Shown piece by piece: positions 48,801-55,637 of a DNA stretch of 64,000 nucleotides. Under the pieces are notes generated by a model. That model was not told the origin of the DNA. It searched no databases and saw only the letters and a list, made by a program, of their open reading frames with translations. Each line of letters begins with the position of its first letter. Within the stretch, counting starts at the first letter, position 1. Position numbers and translations under genes: made by a program. The stretch covers positions 2 through 64,001 of the forward strand of contig CAYMGV010000001.1 of assembly GCA_964390105.1 (NCBI GenBank), in the 5' to 3' direction. The stretch comes from an uncultured Anaerolineae bacterium. Its GTDB lineage: Bacteria; Chloroflexota; Anaerolineae; Aggregatilineales; UBA3940.

Positions 48801-49220
48801 TGAGGTCAGTTCATTAACGGCTTCAGCCACACTGAAGGCCAGCAGGGCGCTCAACGCGGCCCAGCCCAGCAGGTAGGTCCAGCCGGAGAAGAAGGTTAAT
48901 TGGCGGCGTTCTGTCGCACGGATCAGCCGATAGCTGCCGCCTGCGTAGCCGATCCAGCCACGCAGTTCCAGCGTGTTAAAGAAGGTCGGCAGCAGGACCA
49001 TAATCAGTGCAAGGTAGGCCCAGCCCGAAACGCCTGCCGCCAGCAGACCCAGCGTCTCAAAAAGCACGATCAACCCGATGACCAGCCATACGCCAACGCC
49101 TATCATCAGTGAGCTGTTGGCGCTGAGTTGGTAGCTGCGCCGCACTGATATGCGCTGGATTTTCTCTGAATCTTGCGTGGTTATGCCGCACTCTCCCAAT
49201 GTGATGTCAAGGCAGTTCAC
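45894..49220 (-). CDS. Fusion protein: APC-like amino-acid permease, two universal stress protein (USP) domains, and a DUF389/TIGR00341 membrane domain
   Basis: APC-like features (MIGVG, GGSY, FFSGW, GRDGWLP, FRIPLYP); USP (IVVAVSNP...LVVMGW...CDVAVV; VLVPAAGGPNA); DUF389 (SPAVIIGAMLVAPLMSPI, ARTQPNLVDL.VALASG.AG, ALPGVAIAAALMPP). Start codon uncertain. Confidence 0.82.
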   Translation of the reverse strand: MNCLDITLGECGITTQDSEKIQRISVRRSYQLSANSSLMIGVGVWLVIGLIVLFETLGLLAAGVSGWAYLALIMVLLPTFFNTLELRGWIGYAGGSYRLIRATERRQLTFFSGWTYLLGWAALSALLAFSVAEAVNELTSVYITVSVPVPVLAIAILIVLTLLAILARRPRWGIAGWMMGAVILGMLAFMVVMTGNAIVSGASAGRVFTGGNRFIMAVMAVMAAMWASELSTELGGRRDRNARSTVSMWALGALLAGIFTLSVRWAIPEAPSLSYLAEHLIPGYGAMVFHGATVLVSGVTWQIVNLLMVRRLQIIGRDGWLPERLLDSGKVFNAPTLLLILMAGVGTILLLITWMVTIDDPGRAVWILASFGGVTYVVLQFGVNTAALLMHAHPRSTGRAFRIPLYPVLPLMGMGLTFLLAVFVVPFPVLLTAISWYALGVLAYLQYAREGMRTSQIGLTVFQDQARPKGITSAYPIVVAVSNPDTARDLMGFGARIAQQRDGHIILLQVVAVPEDQPLDSGRDLAQERQALLEELIDEAATTMNVQAEGVTRLARAVSQGINDTCQEEGAQLVVMGWHKREHVAGGGRLGDILDDVIEHAQCDVAVVHGDWNGKIGKVLVPAAGGPNAPRAAELALDLIDPEGEVTLLNIARKNADSSQVQDARILLNTLKARLTEPHRVRTLVHPARSPSAGIIETCETHDAMLMGASEQGFLEDQWFGPLVLQVARESDLPLALIRNYSGLGQYVVRKAWHSISDLLPTLTSQEQLVLYQDMRQSSRPNINYFVLIALSAIIATLGLILNSPAVIIGAMLVAPLMSPIVATAVGVVFGDIRTLRSALNSTLQGVLLAVFTAMLFALVVPGLTPTPEMLARTQPNLVDLMVALASGAAGAYAIGRHEVGAALPGVAIAAALMPPVCTIGIGFVLGASQVGYLGIAFGALLLLIANLAGMIFAATITFLLLGLRPPNHDRTRLLSRGLLVSITSLLVVSIPLGILLFQGVQRDRIETNALGILNRETETWGVTRLNDVSVDYQLRTVVVDGTLLILEQQAQPAPGETEGQSPVQHGTPEELNELQTVMEAELNRPVEIRLLVLRGELLDSTRSGETP

Positions 49221-49228
49221 TGTGAGAA

Positions 49229-49257
49229 ACCTTACAGCAACCCCCTTTTTGTGTCAA
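49229..49257 (-). promoter_or_regulatory. Sigma70-type promoter of the permease-USP-DUF389 gene
   Basis: Minus strand TTGACA, 17 bp ending in TG, TAAGGT. Confidence 0.6.
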
Positions 49258-49277
49258 CCGGGTTTGAAACAGACTCT

Positions 49278-49315
49278 AAAACGGGGCATGAGCCATACCC
49301 GGCTCACGCCCCGTT
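49278..49315 (-). terminator. Intrinsic terminator after the thioredoxin gene
   Basis: AACGGGGC-ATGAGCC...GGCTCAC-GCCCCGTT hairpin with a T tract on the minus strand. Confidence 0.7.
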
Positions 49316-49337
49316 ACATGACAGCATCAGCGTGCCC

Positions 49338-50054
49338 TTACAACCGATCCAGTTCCGTCCGCAGTTCAGAAGCCGGGCGGACACCCACCAGCCGTCTGAC
49401 CATCTGGCCGTTTTTGAAGATCAACAATGTTGGGATGCCCTGTATACCGTACTGCCCTGCGAAGTGGGCATTCTGATCCACATTGACCTTGGCGAACTTA
49501 ATACGTCCTGCATATTCACCCGCAAGGCTGCTGATGACAGGCGCGATCTGACGGCATGGCCCGCACCACGCTGCCCAGAAATCCACGACGACCGGGGTCG
49601 ATGACTTCAGCACTTCGCGTTCGAATGTGGCGTCTGTCACATCGACGGGAATACCCGTCGCACTGCCGTTTATTCTGTTTGCAGTATTCATGCGCTCCTG
49701 CTGTGCAGGTGGTTTGCCACCACGGCCCAGCAGATAATCCACGTGGGCTTTGAGTTCAGATGCGCCGTCATCAAGGGCACCATGGGTGATGGACTTGCCA
49801 TCTTTGACACCCACAGCATAAGGAGTATTGCGAATAGCAAAACGCCCCACAGCGTTGGGGCTGTCAATGGTTTTGACCCACCCAACGAGCAAGTTTCCGG
49901 CTTCGATTTCGGCCAGTTTCGCCAGCGCACCGCCAAGGCTGGTTAGATCATGTTCATTTTTCCAGAATACCAACATCACCGGTATCGGAGCGGCTAGCAC
50001 GCGCTCCAGGCTTTGGTCATGTACGATAATGGGTGCATCAAACACGCGAACCAT
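49338..50054 (-). CDS. trxA: Two-domain thioredoxin (N-terminal Trx-fold without CxxC, C-terminal WCGPC domain)
   Basis: C-terminal PVVVDFWAAWCGPCR...KVNVD...YGIQGIPTLL; the N-terminal repeat reads PVMLVFWKNEHD. Confidence 0.85.
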   Translation of the reverse strand: MVRVFDAPIIVHDQSLERVLAAPIPVMLVFWKNEHDLTSLGGALAKLAEIEAGNLLVGWVKTIDSPNAVGRFAIRNTPYAVGVKDGKSITHGALDDGASELKAHVDYLLGRGGKPPAQQERMNTANRINGSATGIPVDVTDATFEREVLKSSTPVVVDFWAAWCGPCRQIAPVISSLAGEYAGRIKFAKVNVDQNAHFAGQYGIQGIPTLLIFKNGQMVRRLVGVRPASELRTELDRL

Positions 50055-50153
50055 CAGGGGATAACCTTTTCAACTTGATACAACGAATCTGATCGAAGGA
50101 TACCCAGCCAGTATAAGATTCACACAAGAAGTAAATTGATTTTGTCTTAGATC

Positions 50154-50182
50154 AAAACCAGCCCTGCGGGCTGCAGGGCCGG
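50154..50182 (-). terminator. Intrinsic terminator after dnaN
   Basis: Minus strand CCGGCCCTGC-AGCCC-GCAGGGCTGG-TTTT. Confidence 0.7.
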
Positions 50183-50205
50183 CGCATGAGCAGGAAACGA
50201 GGACG

Positions 50206-51342
50206 TTAGCGCCCGATGTGCATCGGCATGATGACATGGGTGAAGGTGCTGTCCCCCACCGGGCGCAGCACGCCGGGCTTATCGGCCCGCGAGGTGCCGA
50301 TCTCGACGCGATCTGTGGTAATGACGTTGAGCACCTCGATCAGGTAGCGGGCATTGAAGGCGACTTCCATGCCTTCGCCCTCAATCGATGCCTCGACCAC
50401 ACCCTCGTTTTCGCCGGTTTCGGAAGCCGTCGCACGCACCTTCAGGGAGCCAATCATTCCATCATGTGGCTCGATAACGAGACGGATCGTGTGGTTGGCC
50501 TCGCGGGCAAAGATATCAGCACGCTGGCACGCCCGCAGGAAGTCGGCAGTTGGCACCACCGTACGCGTGGTGATCTCATTGGGGATGATCTGGCGGTAAT
50601 CAGGGAAGGCCCCGTCAATAAGCTGGGTGACCACGTCCACATCAGACATGTGGAATAACACCTGTGAGCGTTCCTTGGGCAGTACAAGTGAGACATCGGG
50701 GCCGTCGGCACTGATACGCGGCAGTTCCTGCAAGGTCCGCGACGGAATCACCAGCGAGAAGCTGGCATAGAAATCGGCTTCAAGCGGCACCTCACGTACC
50801 GAGAGGCGGAATCCATCAGCGGCGGCCATCGTCAGTGTGCCCTCACTGAATTCAACCAGCACACCGGTCAGGATCGGACGGCTGTCATCCTTGGCGGCAG
50901 CAAAGGCCACCATATTGATGGTCTCAGCCAGCACGTCGGCAGGGATGGGCAGCCAGTCATCATCATCCATTGGCTCCGGCATGATGGGAAACTCATGGGC
51001 ATCAATGCCCTTAATGTTGGCGGTTGTCGCGCCGCAAGCCAGCCGTAATGAGTTGTTACGGACGGCTACTTCCAGGTCAACACGCTCTGGCGAAAGTTTG
51101 TTGACAAGGTCGCCAAAGGTGCGGGCCGGGACGGTCAAAGCGCCATCTTCATCTACTGAAGCCCCGATCCAGACGGTAATGCCCATATCGAGATTAGTGG
51201 CGGCCAAACGCAGCCGACCGTTATCGGTGGCGAGCAGAATGTTGGAGAGAATAGGCAAGGTGCTGCGTGACCCGACTGCCCGCCCCACGATGTTCAGCCC
51301 TTTGGTAAGGTTTTCCTGCATACAGGAGACGCGCATACCCAT
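50206..51342 (-). CDS. dnaN: DNA polymerase III beta sliding clamp
   Basis: STLPILSNILL, LAATNLD, RPILTGV, AADGFRL, LIDGAFPDYRQIIP, AFNARYL, VIMPM. GAGGAG RBS 7 nt before ATG 51342; alternative start 51336. Confidence 0.96.
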   Translation of the reverse strand: MGMRVSCMQENLTKGLNIVGRAVGSRSTLPILSNILLATDNGRLRLAATNLDMGITVWIGASVDEDGALTVPARTFGDLVNKLSPERVDLEVAVRNNSLRLACGATTANIKGIDAHEFPIMPEPMDDDDWLPIPADVLAETINMVAFAAAKDDSRPILTGVLVEFSEGTLTMAAADGFRLSVREVPLEADFYASFSLVIPSRTLQELPRISADGPDVSLVLPKERSQVLFHMSDVDVVTQLIDGAFPDYRQIIPNEITTRTVVPTADFLRACQRADIFAREANHTIRLVIEPHDGMIGSLKVRATASETGENEGVVEASIEGEGMEVAFNARYLIEVLNVITTDRVEIGTSRADKPGVLRPVGDSTFTHVIMPMHIGR

Positions 51343-51388
51343 GAAGGGACTCCTCGTCTGATGTAAGGTCAATGTAATTGATGTAAGT

Positions 51389-51406
51389 ATACAACATATG
51401 TTGTAT
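51389..51406. promoter_or_regulatory. Perfect 18-bp palindrome in the divergent dnaN/GH31 promoter region; putative operator
   Basis: ATACAACAT-ATGTTGTAT in an AT-rich intergenic region. Confidence 0.5.
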
Positions 51407-51492
51407 CACTACAAGCATTACAGATTTCGCACCAGCGTATCTGACCTCGTTTATAATGGAAGGGAATCACCCCACTTACCAAGGAAGACAAA

Positions 51493-53901
51493 ATGGCTGG
51501 TTTCAACCTGCTGGATATGCTTGGAGCATTTAATCTTAGAATGATGTGGAATGGTGCGCGTCACCAGGTTCGGGGTGCGGTTCGAATGAGGAGCAGCGAG
51601 AAGTTCCGCTATATTAAAGAGCCGCTGCCCCCGGCGGCATACCGAACCGTGAAGAGCATCACACTGATGAACCGCAGCGCAACCCTCGTGCAGCTCGCAT
51701 CAGAACATCGTGCCTTGCAGGTACAGGCGCTGCATCCCCAGGTACTGGAGATACGGCTCGACCAGGGTGGGGCGTTCCCGGAACGCTTTTCATACTGTAT
51801 CGATACCATCCCTGCTGACTGGGGCGGTGCCCTGTTGACCACCACCGAAACCGGGAAGATCATCAGTCTCGCCACCGATGTCATCGCCCTGCATATTGAG
51901 AAGGAGAGCGGCGCATTGACCCTTGAAACCACCGGGGGGCTGACTCTCTCCGGCGGGGCAGGGGTCGGCGTACATTCATCAGGGGCACTGTCCCTTGAAA
52001 TGGGCCTGCCCGCATCGGCGGCGGTATACGGCCTGGGTGAAAAAGCCTTCAGCCTCAACCTGCGAGGCCAGGCGCTGCAACTTTACAACCGCGACCCCGC
52101 TGTCTACACACGCGGAGATGATCCTATCTATGCAAATGTGCCATTCTGGATCATGCTGGATGGGGATCAATGCCTCGGTGTGTACATTGATAACACCTAC
52201 CCGGCATGGATGGACACCGGCAGCCGTGATGCCCGTACCATGCACTACCAGGCCAGCGGTGGCGACTTAGCGGCGTATTTCATCACAGGTACGCCCGCCG
52301 AGGTACTGGCTCACTATACGACCCTGACGGGGCGCATCGAACTGCCGCCAGTGTGGATACTCGGCGCACACCTCTCACGTTGGAGCTACTATCCGCAGGC
52401 CCGCGTGCTTGAGATCGCAAAGCAAGCTCGCCAAAATCGCATACCTGCTGATGTGATCCACATTGACATTGATTATATGGATGGCTGGCGCTGCTTCACC
52501 ATCGATCAGGCGAAGTTCCCGGATATCAGCGTGATGCACGATCAGCTTCATGACCAGGGATTCAAGAGTATCGCAATCATTGACCCCGGCATCAAGATTG
52601 ACCCGGCTTACCCCGTTTACCAGAGTGGGGTGGCTGGCGATCACTTCATTATATGGCCGGACGGTCAACGATTCACCGGGCCGGTGTGGCCCGGCGACTG
52701 CCACTTCCCCGATTTCTCACGGCCCCAAACACGCGAATGGTGGGGCACACAGTATCAAACCCTGCTCGAAAAGGGTTTTGACAGCTTCTGGAACGACATG
52801 AATGAGCCTGCCATCATCGCGCCGATACATGGAGCACAAATACCCGGTGATGTTCAACATGATTATGACGGCAGGGGCGCTGATCATGAGGCGGTGCATA
52901 ACCTGTACGGCCTGCTGATGTCCCGTGCCACACAGGAGGGCCTTGCCAAACTGCGCCCTGATCGGCGTTCCGCTGTCCTGACCCGCGCGACATGGGCGGG
53001 CGGTCAGCGCTATGCCATGCACTGGACCGGTGATAACACCAGTGAATGGGATTCGCTCCGGCTGGCGATCCCGATGGCGCTCAACCTTGGGCTGTCCGGC
53101 ATCCCGATCACCGGGCCGGATATCGGCGGATTTGCCGGTCGCCCCAGCGCGGAACTCGTCACACGATGGATACAGGCCTGTGCGCTGTTCCCGTTCTTCC
53201 GAGTTCACACCATGGCCGGGATGCCGGACCAGGAGCCGTGGGTCTTTGGCGAGCCGTATACCAGCATCAACCGCAAATTCATCGAACTGCGCTACCGCCT
53301 TCTGCCTGCGCTCTATACCGCGATGTGGCACAGTTCACGAACGGGCACACCAATGATCCGCCCGCTGTGGTTCAACTATCCCGGTCAAGTGGACCCTGAC
53401 ATTGATGATCAGTACTTACTCGGCGATTCCCTGCTGGTCGCCCCTGTCATAGAAGAAAGCACCATCCGCCGAGCAGTCGCGCTGCCACCGGGAACGTGGT
53501 ACGACTTCTGGACCGGCGAGGCCATTGAAGGTGGCAGGACCATCCATGTCGATGCCGGGCTGGATCATCTGCCACTGTATGCCAGGGCTGGCATTGCACT
53601 GCCAACCTGGCCGGTTCAGCAGTATATCGGGGAAGCGCAGATCGATGAGTTGACTGTAACCGCCTATCGCGGCAAAGGGGTCAGCCTGTTATACGAAGAT
53701 GATGGCCTATCCAGCAACTACACAGCACTGGACAGGCATCGTATCACCGAATACCATGTGACACAGAATGGGGTCAGCCGCAGAATACACAGTGGGATGT
53801 TCCGACCGGCATACGGCAAGACCACAGTTATCCCCATTGGCTATGGTGACCATGCACAACCTGCCACTGAGACGGCGGACGAATTCAGCATGTCGTGGTA
53901 G
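51493..53901 (+). CDS. Glycoside hydrolase family 31 (alpha-glucosidase)
   Basis: YGLGEK, SRWSY, IDIDYMDG, IIDPG, VWPG.CHFPDF, WNDMNEP (nucleophile), HNLYG, WTGDN (acid/base), GPDIGGF. Confidence 0.93.
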   Translation: MAGFNLLDMLGAFNLRMMWNGARHQVRGAVRMRSSEKFRYIKEPLPPAAYRTVKSITLMNRSATLVQLASEHRALQVQALHPQVLEIRLDQGGAFPERFSYCIDTIPADWGGALLTTTETGKIISLATDVIALHIEKESGALTLETTGGLTLSGGAGVGVHSSGALSLEMGLPASAAVYGLGEKAFSLNLRGQALQLYNRDPAVYTRGDDPIYANVPFWIMLDGDQCLGVYIDNTYPAWMDTGSRDARTMHYQASGGDLAAYFITGTPAEVLAHYTTLTGRIELPPVWILGAHLSRWSYYPQARVLEIAKQARQNRIPADVIHIDIDYMDGWRCFTIDQAKFPDISVMHDQLHDQGFKSIAIIDPGIKIDPAYPVYQSGVAGDHFIIWPDGQRFTGPVWPGDCHFPDFSRPQTREWWGTQYQTLLEKGFDSFWNDMNEPAIIAPIHGAQIPGDVQHDYDGRGADHEAVHNLYGLLMSRATQEGLAKLRPDRRSAVLTRATWAGGQRYAMHWTGDNTSEWDSLRLAIPMALNLGLSGIPITGPDIGGFAGRPSAELVTRWIQACALFPFFRVHTMAGMPDQEPWVFGEPYTSINRKFIELRYRLLPALYTAMWHSSRTGTPMIRPLWFNYPGQVDPDIDDQYLLGDSLLVAPVIEESTIRRAVALPPGTWYDFWTGEAIEGGRTIHVDAGLDHLPLYARAGIALPTWPVQQYIGEAQIDELTVTAYRGKGVSLLYEDDGLSSNYTALDRHRITEYHVTQNGVSRRIHSGMFRPAYGKTTVIPIGYGDHAQPATETADEFSMSW

Positions 53902-53942
53902 GGCCGCACTGATCAACTGTGAGGCGATTGAGTTTGAACAGC

Positions 53943-53951
53943 TTATCCACA
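53943..53951 (+). promoter_or_regulatory. Perfect DnaA box in an AT-rich intergenic region
   Basis: TTATCCACA between GH31 and the SWIM gene, about 0.9 kb upstream of rpmH. Single copy, so function is uncertain. Confidence 0.4.
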
Positions 53952-54049
53952 TTAATTCAACAAAACCGTTGATTTGTGACGGTGGGTGTCACAATCATGT
54001 GCCATACTATAGGTGTAAAAGATGTATCTGTAGTAAAAGGTGGTGCAAA

Positions 54050-54676
54050 ATGACGCCGCAGACAACCACGTTTACCCTTGTTTATCCGCAGCAGAAACCA
54101 GTATCAAGCCTGCTGCACAATCTCTTGACTGATACAACCCCGGCCATCCTGATCTCTATTGCGGAGCAGTACGGTCTGCCACGTGTGCCGGGGCTGGACC
54201 GCGCGGGGTTGACCCGGCGGCTAATCACGATGCTGAACGATGAACAGCTTCAGCATCTGCAGGCAGACCTTGTCACCGCTCGCTTTGGCGGGCAGAGCGT
54301 CCGGGAATTGGTGACCCTTGCACTGGAACGTGACATTGAGCGTGACCGCCAACGTACCGGTAAGATGCGCCCGGCACGGCTGGATGCCATCAATCCGCAT
54401 GAGGCCATACTCATCGAGAGCGGGCCTCAACGCTGGGTCTTCACCATGCGCGGCTATGACGTACTGCTCAACCTCGAACACAGGCATCTCGCGTGTGGAT
54501 GCACATTTTTTGAGTTCGCGTCACGTCGCAAGGCACTCTGCAAGCATATCGCCACGGGGTTTGAGCTAATCCCACCCGTCTATGCCCGTGAGGCCCTGAT
54601 CGATCTGCTGATGTGGCGTGAATATGGAGGCAGCGATACCCCTCCATGGCTGTTCGAGGGGCACCGGGCCGCATAA
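54050..54676 (+). CDS. SWIM zinc-finger domain protein of unknown function
   Basis: YDVLLNL...ACGCTFFEFASRRKALCKHI fits the SWIM motif CxCxnCxH. Start MTPQTT preceded by AAGGTGG. Confidence 0.78.
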   Translation: MTPQTTTFTLVYPQQKPVSSLLHNLLTDTTPAILISIAEQYGLPRVPGLDRAGLTRRLITMLNDEQLQHLQADLVTARFGGQSVRELVTLALERDIERDRQRTGKMRPARLDAINPHEAILIESGPQRWVFTMRGYDVLLNLEHRHLACGCTFFEFASRRKALCKHIATGFELIPPVYAREALIDLLMWREYGGSDTPPWLFEGHRAA

Positions 54677-54698
54677 GAACCGCATAAGAACACAGAAA

Positions 54699-54728
54699 AA
54701 AACAGCCCGCTCCATGACGGGCTGTTTT
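54699..54728 (+). terminator. Intrinsic terminator after the SWIM gene, overlapping the rpmH -35 element
   Basis: AAAACAGCCCG-CTCCATGA-CGGGCTGTTTT. Confidence 0.75.
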
Positions 54729-54755
54729 GATCCAGCATACCCCGTGCGATATAAT
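54727..54755 (+). promoter_or_regulatory. Sigma70 promoter of the rpmH operon
   Basis: TTGATC, 17 bp, TATAAT. Confidence 0.75.
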
Positions 54756-54831
54756 CCCATGCTGTACTCAATAGAGACGCCAATCACCGCCCCGAACTGC
54801 GGGGCGTCAATGTGTATGGGAGAGAATCACG

Positions 54832-55008
54832 ATGCCAAAACGTACATGGCAGCCGAAGAAACGCAAACGTGCCCGCACCCACGGGTTCCGTGCCCGCATG
54901 AAGTCCAGCGGTGGCCGCAGGGTGATCAAGGCGCGCCGCGCCAAGGGGCGTAAGCACCTTGCTGTGAAGCCGAAGCACGTCAAGAAGATCAACTGGAACG
55001 CTGGCTAG
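54832..55008 (+). CDS. rpmH: 50S ribosomal protein L34 (58 aa; absent from the ORF track)
   Basis: Manual translation [58 protein letters not shown]; GGAGAG RBS; lies upstream of rnpA. Confidence 0.97.
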   Translation: MPKRTWQPKKRKRARTHGFRARMKSSGGRRVIKARRAKGRKHLAVKPKHVKKINWNAG

Positions 55009-55029
55009 CAGGATTCTGCTGTTCACCCT

Positions 55030-55407
55030 ATGGTGGCCCGCAAGCATCGCATCAGGAAGTCCGCTGAGTTTGACACCGCCTGGCAGCATGGGCAGCGAAT
55101 CCGGGGTCGACACCTTTCCATCCAGTACGCCGAAACTGGCCGCCCCGCCACCCGTTTTGGGTTTGCCGTGGGGCGGCGGACCGGCAACGCCGTCACTCGC
55201 AACCGGGTCAAGCGGCAGTTACGGGCCATATCGGCGTCTTTCCTCCCCTCCCTGGCCCCTGGGGTTGATATCATTGTGATTGCGGCCCCGCACGCCAGCC
55301 GGGTATCCTTCCATGCATTAAACCGGGACCTGCTGGCTTTGCTGAGGCAAGCCAGCCTGTTTGTTCCTGAGCCTCGTGGTGAAACACCGGCTAGCAACGC
55401 GAGATGA
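55030..55407 (+). CDS. rnpA: Ribonuclease P protein component
   Basis: [17 protein letters not shown] motif [20 protein letters not shown]; synteny. Confidence 0.93.
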   Translation: MVARKHRIRKSAEFDTAWQHGQRIRGRHLSIQYAETGRPATRFGFAVGRRTGNAVTRNRVKRQLRAISASFLPSLAPGVDIIVIAAPHASRVSFHALNRDLLALLRQASLFVPEPRGETPASNAR

Positions 55408-55637
55408 GTACTATGAAGCAGATCGCACTGGGCCTGCTCCGGTTCTATAAGAAATTTATATCACCTATGCTGCCGCCATCCTGCCGGTTTACACCGACCT
55501 GCTCGCAGTACACTTACGTCGCAATCGAACGCTTTGGCGTGATCCGTGGCTCATGGATGGGCCTGCGCCGCATCATTCGTTGCAATCCATTTAACCCGGG
55601 TGGTTACGATCCAGTCCCTGAGGAGTTCCTTTTTTGA
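55404..55637 (+). CDS. yidD: Membrane protein insertion efficiency factor YidD
   Basis: [35 protein letters not shown]. Confidence 0.95.
   Translation: MSTMKQIALGLLRFYKKFISPMLPPSCRFTPTCSQYTYVAIERFGVIRGSWMGLRRIIRCNPFNPGGYDPVPEEFLF

Noticed and set aside
53768-54049. Cys-rich 94-aa N-terminal extension of the SWIM ORF in the ORF track
   Set aside because: It overlaps the GH31 3' end and crosses an AT-rich regulatory region. The ATG at 54050 has a plausible SD.
55630-55637. T6 run at the yidD/propeller junction as a frameshift site
   Set aside because: The downstream gene has its own AGGAG SD, TTG start and signal peptide, so ordinary translational coupling suffices.
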